64,000 nucleotides of DNA from an uncultured Candidatus Saccharibacteria bacterium. Its GTDB lineage: Bacteria; Patescibacteriota; Minisyncoccia; 2-02-FULL-40-12; GWA2-44-9. The position numbers and the translations under genes are program-made. Shown piece after piece: positions 8,812 through 18,155 of this stretch. The stretch's first letter is position 1. Each line of letters opens with the position of its first letter. Where the stretch lies: contig CAZBFM010000001.1 in NCBI GenBank assembly GCA_964491455.1, positions 564,903 through 628,902 on the forward strand, written 5' to 3'. Below the pieces are notes generated by a model that worked only from the letters and a program-made list of their open reading frames with translations, had not been told where the DNA came from and ran no database searches.

Positions 8812-8853
8812 GCTTTCGCACTTGAAAGCCGCACTATCATACCATGGAAATCA

Positions 8854-9375
8854 CTAGTCTTCCAGCTCTGTCCGAGAGCTGTCTTCAAGGTTGAGATGCT
8901 CATTGAGATCGTTGAGTTCGCTCTCGAAGTCCTCCTCCGCAGCACCATCCGACTGATCCTCTATGTCTTCTGTCGTATACTCGTCTTCATCAATAGAGAG
9001 CTGCTGATCACGCACGCCATCTTCATCATCAATCATGCGCTGCATGTGCTCCATCTCAATATCCAAACGCTGTTCGTCGTCTCGAATGAGCGATGTCTGG
9101 ATACGATCATTTACTGCTACGCGAAAATCGTACAGCGCATCCCCGGGATCCGCGAATTGTGCTGACACTCCCGTTGCGCTACCAGCGATGATAAGACCAC
9201 CAACAAAGGCCGCAATACTATGGCGTCCAATCCATCCAACTGCCTGTGAAAAAAATCCGTTCATGGGACGATTCGAAAGCGCGAATGCGTGGAGTCGAGA
9301 CCGCACGGCAGAACGCTCCTTCGGGGTAAGGGTTAAACGTTTGTACTCTGCAATAAAATTATCTGGAATTGTCAT
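8854..9375 (-). CDS. putative anti-sigma factor (single TM, acidic extracytoplasmic tail)
   Basis: 4-nt overlap with the upstream ECF sigma gene. Cytoplasmic N-terminus, one TM (HSIAAFVGGLIIAGSATGV), then an Asp/Glu-rich C-terminus. Confidence 0.5.
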   Translation of the reverse strand: MTIPDNFIAEYKRLTLTPKERSAVRSRLHAFALSNRPMNGFFSQAVGWIGRHSIAAFVGGLIIAGSATGVSAQFADPGDALYDFRVAVNDRIQTSLIRDDEQRLDIEMEHMQRMIDDEDGVRDQQLSIDEDEYTTEDIEDQSDGAAEEDFESELNDLNEHLNLEDSSRTELED

Positions 9376-9869
9376 ACGTGAAGTAATGCTCTCAACTGCT
9401 CTAGTCCGCGAGTGATCCGGGTTGAAATCACCGACTCCTTCAATCCCGTGATCATCGCAATCTCACGAGGCATGAGCTCATCGAGAAGCCGCATCGTCAC
9501 AACATCACGATAATTTGGCTCGAGCTGTTGCAGAACGCGGATAACATGCTGGCTCGTGGCTCCAAGAAGGGGATCAATAGCTTGCGGATCTGAGATATCA
9601 AACCCTTCCTCTCGAATACTATCTAGCGACTGCGCAACTGCCTTGCGGCTATGATCAATGAGCGCGTTGCGAGCGGTCGAATAGAGGAATGGCCGCATGA
9701 GCCGAATACTTCGACCACGCTGTAGGTGCTTCCATGCCCGGACGAACGTGTCTTGCATGAGATCGAGCGCAAGATCACGTTGTCCGGTTTGGGCATAACA
9801 AAATCGGAAGATGGCGTCGGCGTGCTCATCATAGGCCGCAAGAAAGCGCTCTTCCAATTGCAACGACAT
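9372..9869 (-). CDS. RNA polymerase sigma-70 factor, ECF subfamily
   Basis: Region 2 and region 4 features (DLMQDTFVRAWKHL and VVTMRLLDELMPREIAMITGLKESVISTRITRGLEQLR). Confidence 0.85.
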   Translation of the reverse strand: MSLQLEERFLAAYDEHADAIFRFCYAQTGQRDLALDLMQDTFVRAWKHLQRGRSIRLMRPFLYSTARNALIDHSRKAVAQSLDSIREEGFDISDPQAIDPLLGATSQHVIRVLQQLEPNYRDVVTMRLLDELMPREIAMITGLKESVISTRITRGLEQLRALLHV

Positions 9870-9875
9870 ACGTGA

Positions 9876-10451
9876 TTACGGAGTCGCTGTCGGTGTTGGC
9901 GTAGCAACTTTCGACATGCCGCGAGTAGCCACAATCACATCCACGAGTGACTTGTGAGCATCGCGAATCTTATCGGTGACCGTTTTATGAATTTCGCGAG
10001 TTGCTGCGGTGAGCTCGGCATTCGTCTTACCATCCGTCACCATTTGCGCCAACGATACCTTCGCTGCATCGAGCGCCGACTGAGCGGCTGTGATTGCCGC
10101 ATTAGCGGTCACCATGAGTGCCTCTGGCTTCGTTGTGTCCTTACCAGCCGCCTTGAGCTTTGCCAATCGCTCTGTGCTTTTCCTTGCGAGTTCTTTTTCG
10201 CGATTGATGAGTTTCTGGAGACGCTCTGCAGAATTCTTCCAGAATTTCGTGAGACGCTCTTTCTGTTGCGTGGCCTTCTTTTCATCTAACTTCGCTCGAA
10301 GCTCCTGCTTCTTTGCGTCGACTTTTTCTCTCACTTCGCCACGCACCTCCTGGCGTTCCTGACGAGCTTCTCCCTCTCTGGCAAATGCCGGGGCAACAGA
10401 TCCACCAAGCACGACACCGAGGGTAAGCATTGATACGATGTGTTTATTCAT
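9876..10451 (-). CDS. secreted coiled-coil protein
   Basis: Signal peptide (LGGSVAPAFA) followed by Glu/Lys/Arg-rich heptad sequence. It is the first gene of the sigma/anti-sigma operon. Confidence 0.55.
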   Translation of the reverse strand: MNKHIVSMLTLGVVLGGSVAPAFAREGEARQERQEVRGEVREKVDAKKQELRAKLDEKKATQQKERLTKFWKNSAERLQKLINREKELARKSTERLAKLKAAGKDTTKPEALMVTANAAITAAQSALDAAKVSLAQMVTDGKTNAELTAATREIHKTVTDKIRDAHKSLVDVIVATRGMSKVATPTPTATP

Positions 10452-10634
10452 ACGGAATAGTATAGCTAATATCGTTACAGAGTGTAAGACGTATCAGATT
10501 GCAAATCCTTACAGGACTAGCAGAAACAGCCTATTTATGGTACTTTCCCATGGATTCGGCGGGCCCCTATGAATACATACGCGGCCCGACATTCGCACGA
10601 GTATGATGTAAGCAATTCTATTCGATGCTCGCTT

Positions 10635-10707
10635 GGGCCCATAGCTCAGCTGGTAGAGCGCGTCATTCGCATTGACGAGGTCAGGAGTTCGATTCTCCTT
10701 GGGTCCA
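10635..10707 (+). tRNA. tRNA-Ala (anticodon CGC)
   Basis: G3:U70, anticodon loop TTCGCAT, T-loop TTCGATT, A73 followed by CC. Confidence 0.75.
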
Positions 10708-10744
10708 CCGTTTGCACTCTAACAATTCAAACAAGGAAGCAATC

Positions 10745-11854
10745 ATGCAAAGCGAAAAAGCGTTTACTTCGTATCGATTCTGCGAAGGAAGAACCGGCAT
10801 AGGTCAGGCAGTGCGGTTTACCTGCCGACCAGATGAAGCAGAACAGGTTGGTGCATTCTTACGAGATAAAATTCGCACGATTGATCGACCAATGACCGGT
10901 CGCACGAGGAATATCGCTCATGGAACATACGGGCGATACACGCGCTACAACATCAAACAACACGACTATGCTGGTGGGGGAAGCGGATATATCGAGGTAC
11001 TCGAAATACAAGATCCCCCTGAAGAACGCCATGGAATAGTAATCTTTAATTACGACTTTCAGAGAGGCGCTTCATTTTCTGAATGGGAAACACTCGGACA
11101 AGCTCGCAAGGCGTGGGATCATTTCTTGAGAGGCTCAAATCCGAATAAGGAGTTTCCTAAGCTTCCTGGTTTTAAACGCCTCGTCCTCTGCGGCGCTCTG
11201 ACTCCTTGGTTTTACGCGTTTGGCGAAGAGCACCTTATTGGCGATTATGCATTCCCAGACGGACTTCAAGATGATGCAGTGTATCGTTTTGGACGGCAAT
11301 TTGTTCTCACTGATCGGGAAAACAACCCAACCGTTAAAACGTGCATGGGAACTCGATTAATTACTCGAAAAAGCGAGCGCCATCCATACAAGGAAGAGAT
11401 GTTCCGGGTTGTTTATTGGGATGATGGTAGCTACTGGGATGAACACGCCAGCTGGGATACACTCGGTCACCCGCGCCCGCTCGAAGCAGGGGAGCTCTGG
11501 ATCACTGAAGCGATTGATAAGTTTCGAGCACTCCTGGCGGGTAAGTCTACTGCGTTTTCAATCGACTTTTCGGATGGATCTAAGTTCTCCGGAAAACTAG
11601 TACAAAAACGCCCTCGTGTGCCATGCGCTGAAGGTGAATACTTCGCAACCGTGCACGTCAAAGGAGAAAAGAAGCCACGAACTGGAGTGGTTGGTGACTT
11701 TATTCCAACACCCGAGACGCCCGATATCGTGTCGTATATAACGAAAAGATTTACCGATAAAGGGAATGAAGTTGAGAGGATTAAGGTCAAAGCTAATAAA
11801 ACAAAGAAAAACGGAAAAAAGTGGGCTGGTGTTTTCTTTCGACCACCTCAATAA
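10745..11854 (+). CDS. hypothetical protein with no recognisable domain, encoded immediately 3' of tRNA-Ala
   Basis: 369 aa. ATG at 10745 preceded by AAGGAAG. The TTG at 10712 sits too close to the tRNA to be the likely start. Confidence 0.55.
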   Translation: MQSEKAFTSYRFCEGRTGIGQAVRFTCRPDEAEQVGAFLRDKIRTIDRPMTGRTRNIAHGTYGRYTRYNIKQHDYAGGGSGYIEVLEIQDPPEERHGIVIFNYDFQRGASFSEWETLGQARKAWDHFLRGSNPNKEFPKLPGFKRLVLCGALTPWFYAFGEEHLIGDYAFPDGLQDDAVYRFGRQFVLTDRENNPTVKTCMGTRLITRKSERHPYKEEMFRVVYWDDGSYWDEHASWDTLGHPRPLEAGELWITEAIDKFRALLAGKSTAFSIDFSDGSKFSGKLVQKRPRVPCAEGEYFATVHVKGEKKPRTGVVGDFIPTPETPDIVSYITKRFTDKGNEVERIKVKANKTKKNGKKWAGVFFRPPQ

Positions 11855-11860
11855 TCTGTT

Positions 11861-11896
11861 GCCGTCTGGAGCATCTGAGCTTCCGACGGTTTTTTA
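11861..11896 (+). terminator. intrinsic terminator
   Basis: GCCGTCTGGAGC-atctga-GCTTCCGACGGT followed by TTTTTT. Confidence 0.55.
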
Positions 11897-12010
11897 TTCA
11901 TAAAACCACCGCCCGAACTTCGCAGCGAGTAGGGAGCGATAATTGACGTATGCATTATAAATGCTATAATATTTATATTCAGCCGCAGCACATTCCCAAA
12001 GGAGTCTCTC

Positions 12011-12781
12011 ATGAAGTGGCCATCGTGTCTTACGCTTATCCGACATGACGTTTCAGCGTTCAACAATCTACGCGCAAAAAAGGCGCGCAGCCCTCTCTAT
12101 CAGCAGTTCATGACGGCATGGAGTGCTGACCCAGCATCCGAAGAAACGAGAGCGCTTGCAGGGCAAGTCCAGAGCGACTTCGCGCTTGGAGTGGGGGATG
12201 CAAACACACCTCTCGCCGATGACACAGGAGCGCTCGCGATCGAAACCGGCAGAGAGTTACCACGGTACATCGCGCTGCCAGACGTGATATTCACGTCGCC
12301 ATATGTGCGGACCCAAGAGACGCTTCGTTTTCTGAAGATCGGCTGGCCAAGCCTGGCGTCGGTACCCACGATCATCGACGATCGCGTCCGTGAGCAGGAG
12401 CATGGGCTCGCGCTTCTGTACAACGACTGGCGTGTTTTCCATGCACTCCATCCCGATCAGCGCAAGCTATTTGAAATGGAGGGCCCTTACTGGTATCGGT
12501 ACCCCCAGGGCGAATCTGCGGCGGACACACGCGCTCGAAACCGTGAGTTTCTGTCGATGTTGATTCGCGAATTTCGCCGTAAGAAAGTGCTGGTGATCAC
12601 TCACCACCTTCACATTCTTGCTGCAATCGCCAATCTCGAGCGGCTCAGCCCTGAAAGATTCATCGAAATGGATCGCGATGAGAAGCCGCGAAACTGCGGT
12701 GTCACCATCTTCAAGGGAGACTCCACCTTGGGGAAAAACGGCCGACTTGTTCGCGCGGCATACAATCTTCAGTTGTACTAG
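12011..12781 (+). CDS. histidine phosphatase family protein (phosphoglycerate-mutase-like fold)
   Basis: N-terminal LIRHD catalytic motif (an RHG variant) and a later ITHH motif. SD AAAGGAG lies upstream. Confidence 0.65.
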   Translation: MKWPSCLTLIRHDVSAFNNLRAKKARSPLYQQFMTAWSADPASEETRALAGQVQSDFALGVGDANTPLADDTGALAIETGRELPRYIALPDVIFTSPYVRTQETLRFLKIGWPSLASVPTIIDDRVREQEHGLALLYNDWRVFHALHPDQRKLFEMEGPYWYRYPQGESAADTRARNREFLSMLIREFRRKKVLVITHHLHILAAIANLERLSPERFIEMDRDEKPRNCGVTIFKGDSTLGKNGRLVRAAYNLQLY

Positions 12782-12788
12782 TCGTTTC

Positions 12789-12817
12789 ACCGGAAGCTCA
12801 TCGCTTCCGGTTTTTTT
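12789..12817 (+). terminator. intrinsic terminator
   Basis: ACCGGAAGC-tcatc-GCTTCCGGT followed by TTTTTTT. Confidence 0.7.
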
Positions 12818-12854
12818 ATTTCTCTATACATTTTTCTGCTATACTCAGCGCGAT

Positions 12855-14819
12855 ATGAATTCGATTCTGGATGGACTCAATGCGAAGCAGATTGAAGCGG
12901 TCACCACTATTGAGGGGCCGGTTTTGGTTATCTCGGGGCCCGGCTCCGGCAAGACGCGAGCACTGACGCACCGCATCGCGCACTTGATAACATCGGGCAT
13001 TCCTGCATCGGCAATTCTGGCGGTCACCTTTACCAATAAAGCCTCCAAAGAAATCCGAGAGCGCGTCCACAAGCTTCTAGGGACGCGAGCCTCGCAACCA
13101 ACACTTGGGACGTTTCACTCGTTGGGGCTCCGCATCATGCGTCGTCACGCCGAAAAACTCGGCTACGGCACGAACTTTACCATCCTCGACTCCAGTGATC
13201 AGCAGACACTCATGCGACGCATCATCGCTGATTTTGAACTTGACCCGAAGCGCCACACGCCGGGGGGAATGCTGAGTAAGGTGCAAAAGCTCAAAACGGA
13301 CCTCATCCACTATCGCGACTACAGTGGCACCGGATACACAGAAAAGATCGTCGCGCGACTCTACAGCGCATACCAATCCAAGCTCGAAGCTATGAACGCG
13401 GTAGATTTTGGCGACCTCATTATGTTGCCCGTGCGACTCTTTCGAGAACATCCTGATGTGCTCGCTCAATACCAGCAACAGTGGAAGTATCTCCTCGTCG
13501 ATGAGTATCAGGACACCAGCCACGACCAATATACACTCATCGGCATGTTGGCCGCGCAGCACGGCAATCTGTTCTGCATAGGTGATGACGCGCAGTCGAT
13601 ATATTTGTTCCGCCAAGCCGACATTCGCAACATCCTCAACTTCCAACGCGACTGGCCAAAGGGAAAGATTATTTTGCTCGAACAAAATTATCGCTCAACC
13701 AAAACCATTCTGGCGGCGGCGCAAGCGGTGATTTCAAATAACAAATCTCAAATTCCCAAAGACCTCTGGACCGAGAATGGGGAAGGGGATGCCATCGCCG
13801 TTACCGAGACCGTCAATGAGCGTCACGAAGCACAATACCTCATCGAGACCATCCGCAATCTCCAGAAGAAACGCTACACGCTTTCCGATGTTGCGGTGCT
13901 CTACCGAACGCATGCACAAAGCCGCGCACTCGAAGAACAGCTCGTGCGCGAAGGGGTGCCGTATCGCATTGTGGGAGGCATTCGATTCTATGAGCGTCGT
14001 GAAGTCAAAGATATTCTTGCCTACGCGCGACTCCTGCACAACGGCGCTGATGTAGTGAGCATGGAACGTATCGCCAACGTGCCCACGCGAGGCATTGGAA
14101 AGACCACCGTCGATAAGCTCATGAATATCGATGCGCCCGACCGTATCGCCGCAGTAGGCATGCTCGCCTCTGAATTTCCGCCCACGGGAAGAACCGGGAA
14201 AGCGCTATCGGGATTTCACGTGATGATGGTCAAATTACAGCGACTCGCTCAAACGGCAAAACCGAGCGAACTATTGAAAGAAATTCTCAAGCAAACCAAA
14301 TATGAAGAATATCTGCGCTCACCAAAGAGTATCGACGCAGAAAATGTAGAAGATCGCATTGAAAACGTGCGCGAACTTCTCACGGTGGCAAAAAAATACG
14401 ATGAAGCTGGGCCCGCAGGGTTGGGTCAACTCCTCGAAGAGGTGGCGCTCCTGCAAGACACTGACACGCTCGCCGCAGGAGACAGCGCGGTTACGCTCAT
14501 GTCGATGCACGCAGCCAAGGGCCTCGAATTTCCAGTGGTATTCATCTGCGGCATGGAAGAGGGACTCTTTCCACACAGCAGAACGATCTATTCACCTCAT
14601 GAGCTAGAGGAGGAGCGACGGCTCTGCTATGTCGCCGTCACCCGAGCAAAAGAGAAGCTCTTCGTTAGCATGGCAAAATGGCGTACCATTTATGGGTCGC
14701 GTCACGCAAACATACCGTCACGGTTTCTCGATGAGATACCAGCGCGCCTGCTCGCCTGGCACAAATTGGAACTTGAAGACATACCAGATCGAGAAGAGCG
14801 CATCTACTATGACGACTAA
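12855..14819 (+). CDS. uvrD: ATP-dependent DNA helicase UvrD/PcrA
   Basis: Walker A GPGSGKTRALTHRIA, DEYQDT, and the C-terminal helicase motifs (VTRAKEKL). The start at 12855 (MNSILDG) was chosen inside a longer ORF. Confidence 0.9.
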   Translation: MNSILDGLNAKQIEAVTTIEGPVLVISGPGSGKTRALTHRIAHLITSGIPASAILAVTFTNKASKEIRERVHKLLGTRASQPTLGTFHSLGLRIMRRHAEKLGYGTNFTILDSSDQQTLMRRIIADFELDPKRHTPGGMLSKVQKLKTDLIHYRDYSGTGYTEKIVARLYSAYQSKLEAMNAVDFGDLIMLPVRLFREHPDVLAQYQQQWKYLLVDEYQDTSHDQYTLIGMLAAQHGNLFCIGDDAQSIYLFRQADIRNILNFQRDWPKGKIILLEQNYRSTKTILAAAQAVISNNKSQIPKDLWTENGEGDAIAVTETVNERHEAQYLIETIRNLQKKRYTLSDVAVLYRTHAQSRALEEQLVREGVPYRIVGGIRFYERREVKDILAYARLLHNGADVVSMERIANVPTRGIGKTTVDKLMNIDAPDRIAAVGMLASEFPPTGRTGKALSGFHVMMVKLQRLAQTAKPSELLKEILKQTKYEEYLRSPKSIDAENVEDRIENVRELLTVAKKYDEAGPAGLGQLLEEVALLQDTDTLAAGDSAVTLMSMHAAKGLEFPVVFICGMEEGLFPHSRTIYSPHELEEERRLCYVAVTRAKEKLFVSMAKWRTIYGSRHANIPSRFLDEIPARLLAWHKLELEDIPDREERIYYDD

Positions 14820-15588
14820 CATTCGAGTAACCGCAAAAAAATCGCTTGGACAAAACTTTCTCGTCAACGAGGGTGTACTTGATCGGATTATCGCAGCGGC
14901 ATCCATAACCTCAACGGACACCATCGTCGAGATAGGGCCGGGGACTGGAGCGCTCACTCAGCGACTCGCTGCCACAGGCGCTCGTGTTCTTGCGCTCGAG
15001 AAAGACCGTCGACTCATAGAGCCTCTCAAAGAATCCTTTGCTGCAGCTGGTCACGTCTCCATCGCAGAAGCTGATGTTCTCGCCTGGCAACCACCGTTCA
15101 CCGCTGGCACCTACAAAGTAGTCGCCAATATTCCATACTACCTCACCTCAAATCTATTACGTCGCATGCTTGAATTGTGGCCATCGCCGTCAAAAGCAAT
15201 CCTCATGGTGCAATATGAAGTCGCTAAGCGCATGATGGCGCGCCCAACTGATATGAATCTTTTGGCGCTGTCAGTGCAACTATTCGCTCGTCCGTCGCTA
15301 GTGATGCGCGTGTCTCCGGGAAGCTTCCGCCCTGCACCCGATGTTGATTCGGCGGTGATATCGCTGGTCATTGACACACTCACAGATGAGCAAAAAAAAC
15401 GTAACACTCGCATCCTCGCCCTTGCGAGGCCTGCATTTGGTCAAAAACGAAAGCAACTCAAGACGACTATCGCATCGGACATCCTCAAATCAGCCAACAT
15501 CTCACCAACCGCACGCCCGCAAGAACTCTCGGTGGACGACTGGATTCGTATCGAGCGAGCATCGAATAGATATGCACATGAAGTGTAG
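14809..15588 (+). CDS. rsmA: 16S rRNA (adenine1518/1519-N6)-dimethyltransferase RsmA/KsgA
   Basis: LGQNFL, VVEIGPGTGALT and NIPYY motifs. The start overlaps the uvrD stop. Confidence 0.9.
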   Translation: MTTNIRVTAKKSLGQNFLVNEGVLDRIIAAASITSTDTIVEIGPGTGALTQRLAATGARVLALEKDRRLIEPLKESFAAAGHVSIAEADVLAWQPPFTAGTYKVVANIPYYLTSNLLRRMLELWPSPSKAILMVQYEVAKRMMARPTDMNLLALSVQLFARPSLVMRVSPGSFRPAPDVDSAVISLVIDTLTDEQKKRNTRILALARPAFGQKRKQLKTTIASDILKSANISPTARPQELSVDDWIRIERASNRYAHEV

Positions 15589-15625
15589 ATTTTCTGCGCT
15601 TCAATCGTGCTAGAATTGCTAGTAT

Positions 15626-16540
15626 ATGAGTGGAAGAATAAAACTCCTACTCGCTCTTTTAGCCGCGGGTGCCGGCCTGACTTTTTGGTACTCAACACGC
15701 TCTCTCTTCGCTGACACGCCAGCAAGCGCAACGATCGCAAAGACCTTCACAGCCGACGCGACGTGTAGCGATCAAGATGGTGATGGCCTTTGCGATTATG
15801 ATGAAACCTATTGGTCTACGGATTTTAACAATCCCGACTCTGATGGTGACGGATTTAAAGATGGGGAAGAGGTGCTCTCGGGACATGATCCCGCAAAGGC
15901 TGGCCCCGATGATGCTATTCGCAAACAAGAAAACCTCACGCAAAAAGCAGGAAAGATGATATTGGGTGCAATGCTGACCGGTGACATCGCCGACAATAGT
16001 GCGACCTATGAAGCATCCGTCCAAAAATTAATCGATCTACTATTCCAGCAATATGACGCGAACACAGCGATCGACCTGGATTCTATTGTTAAAGCTCCCG
16101 CGGGAAGCGCGAGCACAATCCAATACAGTGCCGCGATGTCACGCATCCTCACGCAAATGATGCCTGAAATTCAGGCAAATGAGCTCGCCGTTCTAGAAAC
16201 GATTCGTGATATTCAAATCGAAGACTTGCCCCGCCTCGATACAAGCAGCCCGGAGAAGTACGCGGCATTCATTCATGCAATTGATAATGAAATCAGCGCA
16301 TACAACGAACGCGTCAACGCGATCAAGTCCGTTCGAGTGCCCACATCGCTTGTCTCGTTTCACACATCGCTCATTCAGTATCTCCGCGGTGCCCAACAGC
16401 AATACCGAATGATACGCACCATCACGAAAGACCCCGTGCAGGGGCTCTTGTCGCTCCAAGTGCTTCATACGCTAGTCTCAGAAACATCGGCGCAAATAAC
16501 GGAATCGTTCACGAGACAGGTAACAAGTGCACTCCCATGA
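15626..16540 (+). CDS. membrane-anchored protein with thrombospondin-type-3-like Ca-binding repeats
   Basis: N-terminal TM, then DQDGDGLCDYDE and DSDGDGFKDGEE repeats. First gene of a co-directional cluster. Confidence 0.5.
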   Translation: MSGRIKLLLALLAAGAGLTFWYSTRSLFADTPASATIAKTFTADATCSDQDGDGLCDYDETYWSTDFNNPDSDGDGFKDGEEVLSGHDPAKAGPDDAIRKQENLTQKAGKMILGAMLTGDIADNSATYEASVQKLIDLLFQQYDANTAIDLDSIVKAPAGSASTIQYSAAMSRILTQMMPEIQANELAVLETIRDIQIEDLPRLDTSSPEKYAAFIHAIDNEISAYNERVNAIKSVRVPTSLVSFHTSLIQYLRGAQQQYRMIRTITKDPVQGLLSLQVLHTLVSETSAQITESFTRQVTSALP

Positions 16541-18153
16541 GAACTTCTCGACTTACCTCCACGACACTTCTCATCCTCTACGTGTGCGCGTTTACGTATC
16601 TTGGCGCGCTGCTGGGACTAACACTCACTCGTGCAGCTCAACCAATCGAATTTAAAAATGGCCAACCACCAAGTAGCTTGAGCGTCGGACAAATTATTGC
16701 AGAAGCAGGACTCAATGGGGGCAAGTATCAGGCATGCAAAGGGGATATCTTTACGCTCTTTCAAGGGCAACTCGACAAAAAACTTACGAGAGTCGCCACT
16801 GAATTAGTCTCTGACGCATTACGCGCATACAAAGATCAAATGGCTTCGTATCTTGTATGCCGCGCTGAAAGCTTCCTTAATAATTTGTGCGTTTTTGGTA
16901 GCTGCGCAGGAGGAGGCATTGATTGCAAGAAGCCGATTGCAAGTGATGTGACATCATATCTCAAATTAAATTGGAAGGACTCTCTCAAGTCATCATTTTT
17001 AGCGAGCTGCACATCTCTTTACGCACTCAAATTCACTGGCGACACCGTGGACCAAAACATCCTTGAAAACGGCCCCGGTGGCGCTCCCGCCTATGCGACG
17101 AACTGGATTGAGACCGCCAACACAGCCTCAGATAAAGAGGGGAAGCGGCGATTCTGGACAATTCTGTCTAACACGAAGATTTGCCCGTATTTCAAGGAAG
17201 AAGTGTATCGCTATTTTGAAGTTCCTAGAGAATACATCGAGACTCCTCCACTCATGAACGCTTCTGACATGCAGGTGTCTGCTGATACTCCATTTACTCT
17301 TGTAGGCGGATGCACACTTCCTACGCAAGAGTTCGATACAGGTTCCTACGAATTTCTCTCCAAACTCATCGAGCCTCAGAATAACTTTAACGGCTTTGTG
17401 AGATTAGCCGAGGAAGAACAAAAGAAGCAACGAGAAGCAGCCGTATCCGCTGCCAAAGAACAACTGATTGCCGGTGGGGGATTTCTACCCACGTACGCGT
17501 CGGGAAGTTGCAACGAGGATCCGAACGGTAAGTGCATTAGCTACGGTGGCATCGCATTGCCACCGGGTGCAGTTCGGGACTCTCGTATGGCAGATATTAC
17601 GGCAAATTATAATAAGATGCTCCAATCAAATGGAGAGAATTATGTTGGCATGACCGACCTCGGTGCGCGCTTGCAAGTCCGTATCTTGGGGCTCATGAAC
17701 AAACCGCTTCCACTCAAGCTTGAGCTTGGCTCCGAATTTGATGAAGCAAACTTTACTCCCATTGCCACTCCCGTTACTGGCACCAACCCCAATGATCCAA
17801 CATGCACCGGTGGCAACGCGCAATGCACCTGCGTCAAAGACAATCCAGACGCCCAGAGGATCGCCTCGAGCATTCTTGCTCCGGCGATTGAGCGCGCCCG
17901 GTCCAAGCACCCCGAATTTTTTGTGACTGGGTCAAGCCAAATTGCGCCAGGCGTCGATTACCGCCTCGTACTTGCGGCCATCTGCAGCGACTTCAGCGCT
18001 GTTTGCGCTCCTCATCCAAACCAAGACGATGAAATTGTTATTATCAGCGCCGATGGCCTGACCATTTCCTACGATGTCATCACTGGAGATGGCTACGCAC
18101 GCACCGATGGGGGAGCCCCCGTAGCGCAATGTGAGCCTGGTATTCAAAACTAG
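16537..18153 (+). CDS. Cys-rich secreted/membrane-anchored hypothetical protein
   Basis: 538 aa with an N-terminal TM or signal, many Cys and no known domain. 4-nt overlap with the upstream gene. Confidence 0.5.
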   Translation: MRTSRLTSTTLLILYVCAFTYLGALLGLTLTRAAQPIEFKNGQPPSSLSVGQIIAEAGLNGGKYQACKGDIFTLFQGQLDKKLTRVATELVSDALRAYKDQMASYLVCRAESFLNNLCVFGSCAGGGIDCKKPIASDVTSYLKLNWKDSLKSSFLASCTSLYALKFTGDTVDQNILENGPGGAPAYATNWIETANTASDKEGKRRFWTILSNTKICPYFKEEVYRYFEVPREYIETPPLMNASDMQVSADTPFTLVGGCTLPTQEFDTGSYEFLSKLIEPQNNFNGFVRLAEEEQKKQREAAVSAAKEQLIAGGGFLPTYASGSCNEDPNGKCISYGGIALPPGAVRDSRMADITANYNKMLQSNGENYVGMTDLGARLQVRILGLMNKPLPLKLELGSEFDEANFTPIATPVTGTNPNDPTCTGGNAQCTCVKDNPDAQRIASSILAPAIERARSKHPEFFVTGSSQIAPGVDYRLVLAAICSDFSAVCAPHPNQDDEIVIISADGLTISYDVITGDGYARTDGGAPVAQCEPGIQN

Positions 18154-18155
18154 AT

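Noticed and set aside
12011-14819. Hypothetical-protein, histidine-phosphatase, UvrD trio as a helicase-based defence system (Gabija or Hachiman-like)
   Set aside because: The helicase has full-length PcrA/UvrD motifs and is translationally coupled to housekeeping rsmA. There is no nuclease partner. Most likely the housekeeping UvrD.
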